From Selenomonadaceae bacterium (lineage in GTDB: Bacteria; Bacillota; Negativicutes; Selenomonadales; Selenomonadaceae), in assembly GCA_017527075.1 (NCBI GenBank), contig JAFXQM010000009.1, positions 45,419-109,418 of the forward strand: DNA of 64,000 bases, given 5' to 3'. Below the pieces are notes generated by a model that worked only from the letters and a program-made list of their open reading frames with translations, was not told where the DNA came from and did not search any database. The stretch's first letter is position 1. Every line of letters begins with the position of its first letter. A program made the position numbers and the translations under genes. This document shows, piece after piece, positions 8,641-18,286 of the stretch.

Positions 8641-9243
8641 TCAAGGCGCGAGCAAAAAATAAATCGCACTCAGCGTGAAGTAAGGACCGTAAGCGAAATA
8701 ACTCTTGCGGTTCTTTTTCTTGAGCAGAATCATGAGCACGGCCGCGAGCGCACCGGCGATTGTCCCGACGAGCACCACGTTAAAAAGTTTTTCGCCGCCG
8801 AGCCAGAGCCCCAACGCCGCGATTAATTTTATGTCGCCGCCGCCGAGTGATCCTTTGGAGGCCACGGCGAACAATAAAAACACTCCGCCGAAGACTGCCG
8901 CCGCCAAAAAATTATCAAACAGCACCGAATTTTGCCACGCGTAAACCGCGCCGAAAATTGCCAGCGGAAAAGTCATCGCGTCGAAGAGCATGTACTGTTC
9001 GAAGTCGGTGAACGTCATGAGCATGAGCAAAAAAATTGCCGGCGTCAAAAATAAATCGTCCGTGAGGCTGAAGAGAATCGTCAGCGCGAAAAACAAAATC
9101 GGCTTGCGAAATTTTGCGCGCGCGGAAATTTCTGCGGGGAAGGTCAGCTCCGAGCTCCGCGAGTAAAGTTTGTCTATCCACAGCGAGCCAGCGACCGTCA
9201 ACGCGGCGGCGAGTGTTGCGCTCAAAAAAATTTTGGCGAGCAT
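8641..9243 (-). CDS. A24-family prepilin peptidase (peptidase domain only)
   Basis: Polytopic membrane protein with FTDFEQYMLFD and GGGDIKLIAALGLWLG, which carry the two catalytic Asp motifs. Confidence 0.75.
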   Translation of the reverse strand: MLAKIFLSATLAAALTVAGSLWIDKLYSRSSELTFPAEISARAKFRKPILFFALTILFSLTDDLFLTPAIFLLMLMTFTDFEQYMLFDAMTFPLAIFGAVYAWQNSVLFDNFLAAAVFGGVFLLFAVASKGSLGGGDIKLIAALGLWLGGEKLFNVVLVGTIAGALAAVLMILLKKKNRKSYFAYGPYFTLSAIYFLLAP

Positions 9244-9325
9244 TTCAATCGCTCCTCGGATTTTTCCCGATTATATCAAAAAAAATCGCCCGACAAAATT
9301 TCGGGCAGTCGTCGGAAAAATTTTT

Positions 9326-9667
9326 TCAAAGTTCGATTGGATTTCCTTGCGCGTCGAGCGGTTCGGTCAGCAGGAAGAGCGCGCTCAAGTCCACGTGAAA
9401 AATTATCGTGTACTCGTCCTCGTCGTCGTCCGCGCCGTTGAATTTGTTGCTGAAGAGCAAAGACGCCGCGTGCGAGTAATCGTTGACTTGGTCGCCGAAT
9501 GCATTTATTTTTTTGCTGCAAACAGGCTCAAGGAATTTGAAGACGGTGCCCGCCGAGAAAATTCCGTCGACGAAAACTTTTTCGGGCAGGTAGTTGTTGT
9601 CCTCCACGAAGGGTATGGCAACCTTCGCGCGCAGGAAAAGATTTTCAAAGTCCAAATTTTTAATCAT
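9326..9667 (-). CDS. hypothetical protein (113 aa, acidic patch DDDEDE)
   Basis: The ORF follows the STAS gene by 9 nt and has a GAGGTGA RBS. I recognise no family. Confidence 0.45.
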   Translation of the reverse strand: MIKNLDFENLFLRAKVAIPFVEDNNYLPEKVFVDGIFSAGTVFKFLEPVCSKKINAFGDQVNDYSHAASLLFSNKFNGADDDEDEYTIIFHVDLSALFLLTEPLDAQGNPIEL

Positions 9668-9676
9668 GCCGTCACC

Positions 9677-10006
9677 TCAGAAGCTCACGGAGAATTTTGT
9701 TTTTTTGTCGTCGGAAATCGTAAGGAAGTCGGAGAAGCCGGTCATGTCCAAAACATTGCGGACGTTGTCGCGAATATTTTTAATCCGCATTGCGCCCTTT
9801 TTGTCCATGCGCTTTTGGATTTTGAGCAAGAGCCGCAAGCCCGCCGAAGAAATATATTCCAAGTCGGTAAGGTCAATCGTCAGGTCGTCGACGTCTTTGA
9901 GGGTCGCGTTAAAGTCTCTGTCGAGTTCGAGAGCGGCAACAGCGTCGAGCCGTCCGCCGAGCGCGACGGTCATCGCCGAGCCCTCCGAAAATTTTTTTAT
10001 CTCCAT
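9677..10006 (-). CDS. STAS-domain anti-sigma-factor antagonist (SpoIIAA-like)
   Basis: MEIKKFSEGSAMTVALGGRLDAVAALELDRDF...LEYISSAGLRLLL shows the conserved phosphorylatable SSAGL motif. ATG at 10006 follows AAGGAGG. The rest of ORF 9677..10681 is an antisense shadow of the next gene. Confidence 0.8.
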   Translation of the reverse strand: MEIKKFSEGSAMTVALGGRLDAVAALELDRDFNATLKDVDDLTIDLTDLEYISSAGLRLLLKIQKRMDKKGAMRIKNIRDNVRNVLDMTGFSDFLTISDDKKTKFSVSF

Positions 10007-10111
10007 TGCAATGCCTCCTTCGCCCGAAATTATAATAAAAAGCCGCGCGGTTTGTAAAGCCTCGGCGACTGTGATAAGATTGACGAAAATTTTTTTCGGG
10101 AGGTTTTCAAG

Positions 10112-11290
10112 ATGATGAACAACTGCAAGGCGATTCAAATCAGCGAAAATATTTTTTGGGTGGGCGCGGTCGATTGGTCGCTGAGAAATTTCCACGGCTA
10201 CGAAACCTCGCGCGGCTCCTCCTACAACGCCTACCTGATTGTCGACGAAAAAATTGCGCTCATCGACACCGCGAAGATTGAATTCAAGGACGAGCTCCTC
10301 GCCCGCATTTCTTCCGTCATCGAGCCCGCGCGGATTGATGTCATCGTCTCCAGCCACGTCGAGCCCGACCACTCCGGCGCGCTCAAGGAAGTGGCAGCCC
10401 TCGCCCCGCACGCCGAAATCATCACGACGAATCCGAACGGCCTCAAGGGTCTGACGGCGCGCTACGGAAATTTGAATTATAAAGCGGTGAAGGCGGGCGA
10501 TGAAATTTCTCTCGGCAAGCGCACGCTCAAGTTCGTGCCCACGCCCATGCTCCACTGGCCCGACTCCATGGTCACTTACTGCCCCGAAGAAAAAATTCTC
10601 TTCTCCAACGACGCGTTCGGCGAGCACCTGGCGACGTCCCTGCGCTTCGACGACGAGAACGATTTGGAAATTATTTTGCACGAGGCGAAAAAATATTACG
10701 CGAACATTTTAATGCCCTTCGGCAAGCAGGCGCAGACCGCGCTCAAAGCTCTGGGCGGCTTGGAACTCAAAATGATTGCCACGGGTCACGGAGTCATCTG
10801 GCGGACACACATCGATAAAATTTTGGAATGCTACAAAAAATGGAGCGCGGGTGAAGTTGAGGAGCGGGCGGTCGTTGCCTTCGACAGCATGTGGCACTCG
10901 ACGGAAATTTTGGCGCGGACGATTACCGAGGCCTTCGCGCGCAGAGGAATTCCCGCCGCCTTTTACGACATAAAAAAAACGCCGCTCTCGGATATCGTCA
11001 CGGACATTTTCACGAGCAAATATTTGGCTGTCGGCTCTCCCACGATTAACAATCAGATGATGCCGACGGTCGCCGCGTTCCTTTGCTACCTGAAAGGTTT
11101 GCGCCCCGTCAATCACAAGGCGTTTGCGTTCGGCAGCTACGGCTGGGGCGGGCAGAGTGTCGGTTACGTGGAGGACGAACTCAAGGCGGCGGGCTTTGAA
11201 ATTATCCTCGACAAAATCCGCGTCGCCAATCTCCCGACGGCCGCACAACTCCAAGACATCACCGAAAAAATTCTCGCGCTCAATCTTTAA
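10112..11290 (+). CDS. FprA-type flavodiiron protein (metallo-beta-lactamase fold plus flavodoxin domain)
   Basis: SYNAYLIVDEKIALIDT, VSSHVEPDHSGAL (di-iron ligands), and a C-terminal flavodoxin region with AVVAFDSMWHSTE...AVGSPTINN. Confidence 0.85.
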   Translation: MMNNCKAIQISENIFWVGAVDWSLRNFHGYETSRGSSYNAYLIVDEKIALIDTAKIEFKDELLARISSVIEPARIDVIVSSHVEPDHSGALKEVAALAPHAEIITTNPNGLKGLTARYGNLNYKAVKAGDEISLGKRTLKFVPTPMLHWPDSMVTYCPEEKILFSNDAFGEHLATSLRFDDENDLEIILHEAKKYYANILMPFGKQAQTALKALGGLELKMIATGHGVIWRTHIDKILECYKKWSAGEVEERAVVAFDSMWHSTEILARTITEAFARRGIPAAFYDIKKTPLSDIVTDIFTSKYLAVGSPTINNQMMPTVAAFLCYLKGLRPVNHKAFAFGSYGWGGQSVGYVEDELKAAGFEIILDKIRVANLPTAAQLQDITEKILALNL

Positions 11291-11302
11291 GGAGAAATTT
11301 TC

Positions 11303-13036
11303 ATGGCAAAACAACTCAGTGCCGAACAAAAAACTATCAGCCAAATTTTTAGTGAACCCAGAGTCAATTTCTTGATTCCCGATTATCAACGCCCGTATTC
11401 ATGGAAACGTGAGCAGTGTGAAACGCTTTGGAATGACATAAAAGATTTTGCCTTTCCAAACGATAATTGCGATGACTTCAGTGATTCAGATACTTATTTT
11501 CTTGGAACGATTCTGACTTACGATAATAACAGCTCACAATATGAAGTTGTCGATGGTCAACAACGACTTGTGACTTTCCTGCTCATGCTTCGCGCCTTTT
11601 ACGATGCGTTTGGAAAAATGCAAGATAGCAAGGCAAAAAATATTTTGACGACTCTTGAACAATGCATTTGGAACACTGATAAATTTAGAAATCCCGACAA
11701 ATCCAGTCTCAAAATTATTTCCGAAGTTATAACGGATGGCGACAAAGATGAATTAAAAAAAATTATTACAACGGGCAAAACGACCAAGGGCAATACGAGC
11801 AATTACGCGCAGAATTATCGCGACTTTCAAAAATGGATTAAAGAGTTTATAGACCGCACGCCAGACTATTTCTCGCTGCTTCCGTTTAGAATTTTGGATA
11901 ACTGCATTCTCTTGCCGATAAAAGTTGATTCTCAAGAAACCGCGTTACAAATTTTTACGACGCTCAACGACCGCGGCATGCCCCTCTCCGACGCTGACAT
12001 TCTTAAGGCAAAGTTCTACAAGTTTTATTCTGACAACGAAGAAAAAAAAGAAGAATTTGTTCAGGATTGGAAAACATTGGAAGAACTTTGCGAAAAAATT
12101 TTTCATCCCAAAAAAGGAATTTCCCCTCTCGAAGAATTGTTCACGACGTACATGTATTATCTCAAAGCCAAAAACGGTTCCAGAACTACGAGTTTTAAAA
12201 GCCTGCGGAAGTTTTATGAACAAGATAACTACAAGTACTTGCAGAACGAAACTTTTGAAGATTTAAAATCTCTTGCCGACTTTTGGAAAGATATTTATTC
12301 TCGTAATTATAATCGCTTTTCCGAAAGAGTTCTTCGGCAACTTCATATTCTCGAATACTCCCCTTATGCGATATGGCGGCACGTTGTCTCAGCTTATTTC
12401 TTGGTGTATCGTAAAAATATGACCAGGGCAGACGATAAAGCATTTTATAATTTTCTGAAGAAATTGACGGCTTTCGTTCTGGCAAATTCTATATACAGAC
12501 CCGGGGTTGGCTCCATTCGTTTACCTATACACAATGAAATCGTCAATCTCTATGAAAAAAAGCCTTTCGAGTTCAAAGGTTTCAAATTCGAATTAGAGAT
12601 AATGAGTACAAAGCGTAAAGAGTTGGTTTTTTCAAATCAACGTCTAATTACGCGGGCAATGTTGGCTTGGTGGATTTTTCGTGATGAAGAGCAGGAACTG
12701 CCACCGATTGGTATGAAACTCGAAATCGAACACATTTACGCCAGAAGCCAAAAAGAAAACTTAAGTGATGAGAGTATTGTCGAACTTCTTGGCAATAAAA
12801 GTTTGCTGGAAAGTAACATAAACATTCAAGCTTCTGATTATCGTTTTGCTGACAAGAAAAAATATTATCTGGGTCAAAAACGAAATAAGAAGAAACAAGC
12901 GGGAACAAAGGTTTTAGAACTGCGGCACCTCGCCGAAAATTATGATGACTTCTCAGAAGAGGATATCGTCAGGCGCAACGAAAAAATTTTTGCCGCGTTC
13001 ACTAACTTCCTTCGCGAGCAAAATTTACTTCTTTAA
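11303..13036 (+). CDS. DUF262 + DUF1524 (GmrSD-like) protein, putative type IV restriction / modified-DNA nuclease
   Basis: N-terminal ParB-like DUF262 motifs (FLIPDYQRPYSW, DGQQRL) and a C-terminal His-Me finger-like LEIEHIYARSQ...LGNKSLLESNIN. The sequence is visibly more AT-rich than its neighbours. Confidence 0.75.
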   Translation: MAKQLSAEQKTISQIFSEPRVNFLIPDYQRPYSWKREQCETLWNDIKDFAFPNDNCDDFSDSDTYFLGTILTYDNNSSQYEVVDGQQRLVTFLLMLRAFYDAFGKMQDSKAKNILTTLEQCIWNTDKFRNPDKSSLKIISEVITDGDKDELKKIITTGKTTKGNTSNYAQNYRDFQKWIKEFIDRTPDYFSLLPFRILDNCILLPIKVDSQETALQIFTTLNDRGMPLSDADILKAKFYKFYSDNEEKKEEFVQDWKTLEELCEKIFHPKKGISPLEELFTTYMYYLKAKNGSRTTSFKSLRKFYEQDNYKYLQNETFEDLKSLADFWKDIYSRNYNRFSERVLRQLHILEYSPYAIWRHVVSAYFLVYRKNMTRADDKAFYNFLKKLTAFVLANSIYRPGVGSIRLPIHNEIVNLYEKKPFEFKGFKFELEIMSTKRKELVFSNQRLITRAMLAWWIFRDEEQELPPIGMKLEIEHIYARSQKENLSDESIVELLGNKSLLESNINIQASDYRFADKKKYYLGQKRNKKKQAGTKVLELRHLAENYDDFSEEDIVRRNEKIFAAFTNFLREQNLLL

Positions 13037-13536
13037 CCGCGGAAGTGCTGCACCCAGTAATGTTTATATTTCGAGTCCGCCCGATAATAATAAACGACGC
13101 CCAGGTCCGTGTACTTCGGATTTAAAATGTTATCGCGGTGAGTTTTGGAATCCATCCACGCTTGAACGACTTGCTGGGGCGAAGTCTGACCGCCCGCCAA
13201 ATTTTCTCCGAGGATGTGTCCGCGCTGAGGCATCGCCGTGAAACATTTCGTGCCGTTGGGTCTCGTGTGAGAAAATTTCGTGGGCAACTCGACGGCGCGC
13301 ACGTAAGCACTGGCTGCCAAATCTTTTGCGAACCGCAAAGGAGGTGCTCCGACCTTGGCGCGCTCTTTGTTGACCAGCCGCAACACTTCCAGCTGAAAAT
13401 TTTCGCGCTCCGCCTTTTCCATCCAACGCGAGTTCTCGTTCACGAAGACAACTTTTTGCGCCGCCGAAGCACCGGAAAAATTTATCGCGACCAAAAAAAT
13501 TATCGCGACGCTCAGGAAAAATTTTTTCATCGTCAA
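13033..13536 (-). CDS. secreted CAP/SCP (YkwD-like) domain protein
   Basis: A signal peptide MKKFFLSVAIIFLVAINFSGASA is followed by CAP motifs (GENLAGG, AWMDSKTHRDNILNPKYTDLGV). Confidence 0.75.
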   Translation of the reverse strand: MTMKKFFLSVAIIFLVAINFSGASAAQKVVFVNENSRWMEKAERENFQLEVLRLVNKERAKVGAPPLRFAKDLAASAYVRAVELPTKFSHTRPNGTKCFTAMPQRGHILGENLAGGQTSPQQVVQAWMDSKTHRDNILNPKYTDLGVVYYYRADSKYKHYWVQHFRG

Positions 13537-13709
13537 TCACCTCGTTGAAAGTTTATTCGTTGAAAGTTTATTCGTTCAACCTTAACCGTGCCTTAATCGC
13601 GCGGCGAAATTTTTTCAGATTGTTTTTCGTAAATCTTGTCGAAGGGGCGGGGCATGTGATATAATTCGCGCGACAAAGTTTCCCCCACTTTTGAGAGGAG
13701 TGTTTCCAA

Positions 13710-14669
13710 ATGAAGTTGCCCAAGGTTTTTAAAAAAGTCGTGACAGCCGTTTGCGCGTTGGCATTGGCGATTGGCGTCGCGGGCTGCGGCGGCGGCGGCG
13801 AAAAAGAACAATTCATTAACATCGCCACGGGCGGCACAGCCGGCACTTATTATCCCATCGGCGGAGCCATTGCCGAAGTCCTCAACAAGAACGGCATGAA
13901 CGCCAGCGCGCAGAGCACCGGCGCGTCCGTCGCAAACATCAACATGCTCAAAGACAAACAAGTCGAGCTTGCAATTGTTCAGAACGACATAACTTATTAC
14001 GCAGTCAACGGCGAGGAAATGTTCAAAGAGGGCGGCAAGGTTGAGAACCTCAACGGCATTGCTTCTCTTTATCCCGAAACGTGCCAATTCGTTGTCCGCG
14101 AGGATTCGGGCATCAAAGACATCACCGGCTTGAAGGGCAAACGCGTGGCTGTCGGTGCGGCAGGCTCCGGCGCAGAGGCCAACGCCCGTCAGATTCTTGA
14201 GGCTTACGGGCTCACTTACGACGACGTCGACGAACAATTCCTTTCCTTCGCCGAGGGCTCTTACGCGCTCAAGGACGGCACTGTCGACGCGGCGTTCGTC
14301 ACGGCAGGTTATCCCACCGCTTCCGTTCAGGACATCGCCTCCCAAAATAAAATTCGCCTCTTGCCCGTCGGCGACGAGCAAATCAAAAAGCTTGCCGAGA
14401 AATATCCTTTCTACACCAAGACGACTGTCCCTGCCGGCACCTACCAGGGCTTTGACCAAGAAATTCAAACCGTCAGCGTCATGGCGATTCTCGTTGCCAA
14501 CGAAAAAATCGACGCGGCTCTCGGCGAGAAACTTACCAAGGCCATCTTCGACAACCTCGACAAAATTGCTGCCGCTCACTCCGCCGGCAAGAACATAAGC
14601 AAAGCGACTGCCCTCGAAGGCTTGGACTTCATCAAGATGAACGAAGGCGCAGTCAAAGTTCTCAAGTAA
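13710..14669 (+). CDS. TAXI-family TRAP transporter solute-binding lipoprotein
   Basis: A lipobox (LAIGVAGCGGGG) and ATGGTAGTYYPIGGAIAEVL, the TAXI hallmark. No membrane component is adjacent. Confidence 0.85.
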   Translation: MKLPKVFKKVVTAVCALALAIGVAGCGGGGEKEQFINIATGGTAGTYYPIGGAIAEVLNKNGMNASAQSTGASVANINMLKDKQVELAIVQNDITYYAVNGEEMFKEGGKVENLNGIASLYPETCQFVVREDSGIKDITGLKGKRVAVGAAGSGAEANARQILEAYGLTYDDVDEQFLSFAEGSYALKDGTVDAAFVTAGYPTASVQDIASQNKIRLLPVGDEQIKKLAEKYPFYTKTTVPAGTYQGFDQEIQTVSVMAILVANEKIDAALGEKLTKAIFDNLDKIAAAHSAGKNISKATALEGLDFIKMNEGAVKVLK

Positions 14670-14696
14670 ATTCTTCTCAGCCATAAAAATAGTTTT

Positions 14697-14730
14697 CCGC
14701 CGCTCCGTTTGCGAGTGGCGATTTTTTTTG
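14697..14730 (+). terminator. terminator hairpin after the TAXI gene (copy 1 of a duplicated module)
   Basis: CGCCGCTC-CGTTTGC-GAGTGGCG is followed by ATTTTTTTT. An almost identical copy lies at 14894-14926. Confidence 0.6.
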
Positions 14731-14733
14731 TGC

Positions 14734-14882
14734 GAAAAAATTTTCAGCCGTCGAAAAAATTTTCAGCCGCCGAAAAAATCTGAGCCGCCGAAAAAATTTT
14801 CAGCCGCGGAAAAATTTCTGAGCCGTGGAAAAATTTCTGAGCCGCGGAAAAATTTCTGAGCCGCGGAAAAATTTCTGAGCTG
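14734..14882. repeat. tandem array of eight 18-19-nt units (GAAAAA(A)TTT(T)C(T)(G)AGCCGYG)
   Basis: I counted the units directly: 14734-14752, 14753-14771, 14772-14789, 14790-14808, 14809-14827, 14828-14846, 14847-14865 and 14866-14882. There are no unique spacers. Confidence 0.9.
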
Positions 14883-14893
14883 AAAAAAAATCA

Positions 14894-14926
14894 GCCGCCG
14901 CTCCGTTTGCGAGTGGCGACTTTTTT
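14894..14926. terminator. second copy of the terminator module, A-run upstream and T-run downstream (possibly bidirectional)
   Basis: AAAAAAAATCAG-CCGCCGCTCCGTTTGCGAGTGGCG-ACTTTTTT. It abuts the stop of the minus-strand gene at 14926. Confidence 0.5.
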
Positions 14927-15585
14927 CAAAAAATCTGCGCGAGTATTTTGTAACAGTTGTAATCGGCGCGGAAAGGATTGGTCAGGCTGAAGACGACGAC
15001 CGCTTTGCTCTTCAGAAAAAATTTTCCCGCGTCGCGCGCTTTAAAATTTTTTCGGACGGCAATGTCCCCGACGCTGAAGCGGAAAAATTTTTTGCCGCGA
15101 TATTCAAAGTCCGCGAAAAATTTTTTGTGGTCTTTTGCCTGTTCCACCGAGATGAAAAGATTTTCCACGGGCAAGAGCAGAAGAGATTCGCGCTCGGAAA
15201 TTTTCTCCACGTCCGCGCCGAAGATTGAGCGTTCGTCGCTGAAAAAAATTTTATCGCGCAAATCGAAGCCGCGCTCGTCGATGAGCTCCTGCAACGTCAC
15301 GCGCCCGACCTTCTGCCAAAAATATTTCTCGTTGTAAAAAAAATTTTCCGGCTGAAACGGATTGTTCACCGCTCGGTCGGAAAATTTTATTTCTACAATG
15401 TCCAACAGCTCCACGCGCGCGCCGTCGGGATATTTCAAATCGTCAAGCGGCACCGCCTCTTCCAGCTCCAACTTTTCCGAAATCGGGCGAATCCACTCGC
15501 CCGTGTCAATGTCGACGCCCGCCACGCAAAAGTTGTTGAACTTCGCGCTCGCGGCGAGAATCACCAGCTTACGAACCACAATCAT
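14926..15585 (-). CDS. hypothetical protein (219 aa) cotranscribed with the DUF488 gene
   Basis: MIVVRKLVILAASAKFNNFCVAGVDIDTGEWIRPIS... I cannot assign a family with confidence. It lies 9 nt downstream of the DUF488 gene. Confidence 0.55.
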   Translation of the reverse strand: MIVVRKLVILAASAKFNNFCVAGVDIDTGEWIRPISEKLELEEAVPLDDLKYPDGARVELLDIVEIKFSDRAVNNPFQPENFFYNEKYFWQKVGRVTLQELIDERGFDLRDKIFFSDERSIFGADVEKISERESLLLLPVENLFISVEQAKDHKKFFADFEYRGKKFFRFSVGDIAVRKNFKARDAGKFFLKSKAVVVFSLTNPFRADYNCYKILAQIF

Positions 15586-15594
15586 CGCCGCGCC

Positions 15595-16038
15595 TCACAA
15601 ATGAACAATTTCAACGTCGCCGAGGACTTCCTTAATCTTTTCGGCGACCAGCCGCCTGTGACAATTTTCGGGCGAAACTTCGGTGCACAGCAAGCAGTAA
15701 TTCTCCTCGTGCGCATAATTTTTCAAAATGTATTTGTCGATGTCGCGCGTCGCCATGAGTGCAGCAAACGCCTCCTCGTACTCTTCCCAAGTGATATATT
15801 TTTTTTTGTAACTCTCCAAAATTTTTTCCGAAGGCGCGAACTGCAAATCGTGAACGTAATCGATGCCGGAGAGGTTGCGCAAGAAAAATTCAATGTCGGG
15901 ATACTTGCTGAAGGCGAGGAGTTGCGACGTGTTATAAAGTCTGACGTCAACAATCCTCTTGACGCGGTTTCTCTCAAGGCAAGTAAAAAATTCTTCCGCC
16001 GTCATCTTCGTGAAACCGATAGTAAAAATTTTGCGCAT
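15595..16038 (-). CDS. DUF488-family protein
   Basis: IFTIGFTKMTAEEFF...VDVRLYNTSQ...YCLLCTEVSPENCHRRLVAE matches the DUF488 pattern (C..E..p..CHR). Confidence 0.8.
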   Translation of the reverse strand: MRKIFTIGFTKMTAEEFFTCLERNRVKRIVDVRLYNTSQLLAFSKYPDIEFFLRNLSGIDYVHDLQFAPSEKILESYKKKYITWEEYEEAFAALMATRDIDKYILKNYAHEENYCLLCTEVSPENCHRRLVAEKIKEVLGDVEIVHL

Positions 16039-16047
16039 AAGTTTTCC

Positions 16048-17084
<1,037 letters not shown>

Positions 17085-17088
<4 letters not shown>

Positions 17089-18242
17089 ATCAAATCCTCC
17101 TCAATGAATTTCGTTGCCAATGCGCGCGCCGCCTCGTCCTCCGCGATTAAATCTTCGAGCGTCGGATTGCTCAAAACTTTTCGGCGCGTCATGACCTCTT
17201 CAATCACTTCATAAATCTGCAAAAATTTTATCCGCCCGCGCAGGAAGGCATTGACCGCAACTTCATTCGCCGCGTTGAATGCGCAAGGCAAAGTTCCTCC
17301 GACTCTTCCCGCCTCGTATGCAAACTTCAATCCGAGAAAAGTTTCCGCGTCAGGTTTTTCAAATGTCAGCGAGTTCAGCATCCAAAAGTCGAGCGGCTTG
17401 ATTGGCGAGGGCAACCGCCGCGGATAAGTCAGCGCGTATTGAATCGGCAGGCGCATGTCGGGCGCGGCGAGCTGCGCGATAATCGAGCCGTCGCAAAACT
17501 CAACCATCGAATGAACAATGCTTTGCGGGTGGACGACGACTTGAATCTGCGAGTAGTCGACGCCGTAAAGAAATTTCGCTTCGATGACTTCGAGCCCCTT
17601 GTTGACGAGCGTCGCGCTGTCGACGGTGATTTTTTTGCCCATGTTCCACGTCGGGTGCGCGAGCACTTCGTTGACCGTGACGCTTTGCAGGTCTTCGAAA
17701 CTTTTTCCTCTGAACGGACCGCCCGACGCCGTGAGCAAAAGTTTTTTTATCGCGCGCGAGTCTTCGCCCTGCAAGCACTGAAAGAAAGCTCCGTGCTCCG
17801 AATCGACGGGCAAAATTTTCACGCTGCGAGCCTCGACAAGTTTGGTGATGAGTTCGCCCGCCACGACGAGCGTTTCCTTGTTGGCGAGCGCGATATTTTT
17901 TCCGGCGTTGATTGCTTTAATCGTCGGCTCCAAGCCCGCGAAGCCGCTCATGGAAGTCAAAACGATTTCCACGCCGTCGAAGGCCGCCGCGTCGATGAAA
18001 GCCTGCCGTCCGCCCGCGATTTCGACGCCCGAAAAATTTTTCGCGGACAATTTTTTGTAAGCCGCCTCGTCCGCCAAAACCGCCAGCTTCGGACGAAATT
18101 CCTCCACTTGCCGCGCGAAGAGTTCGACGTTGGAATTTGCCGCCAAAACTTCCACGGAAAATTCTTCGGGCAAATTCCTCACGACGTCAAGGGCTTGCGT
18201 GCCGATTGAGCCGGTCGAGCCGAGTATCGCAATTTTTTTCAT
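17085..18242 (-). CDS. dxr: 1-deoxy-D-xylulose-5-phosphate reductoisomerase
   Basis: KIAILGSTGSIGTQALDV, ALANKETLV, LPVDSEHGAFFQCL, HPTWNMGKKITVDSATLVNKGLE. Confidence 0.95.
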
Positions 18243-18286
18243 TCAGTTGTCTCCGTAAAAATAAATTCTGTCTGCACCGTGAAGTT

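Noticed and set aside
8468-8662. ORF 8468..8662(+), with peptide KKFLSKPRGKIFRSKDFRRRVGAS.
   Set aside because: It is a translation of the 79-bp tandem repeat. The product is repetitive and basic with no RBS.
13593-14684. Long ORFs antisense to well-supported genes. Examples: 13593..14684(-), 34709..35764(-), 51158..52375(-), 54628..56001(-), 58071..59243(-), 59454..60506(-), 41501..43027(+), 9170..10057(+), 7359..8135(+), 30941..31621(+), 29774..30601(+), 15601..16380(+).
   Set aside because: Each one overlaps a gene on the other strand that has clear family motifs. Their translations are Arg/Gly/His-rich and low in complexity with no recognisable motifs, as expected for shadow frames in GC-biased coding DNA.
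14734-14882. Possible CRISPR arrays at 14734-14882, 31718-31915 and 8471-8640.
   Set aside because: The units are directly adjacent with no unique spacers, they are too short (18-19 nt) or lack the repeat-spacer alternation, and no cas genes are in the window.
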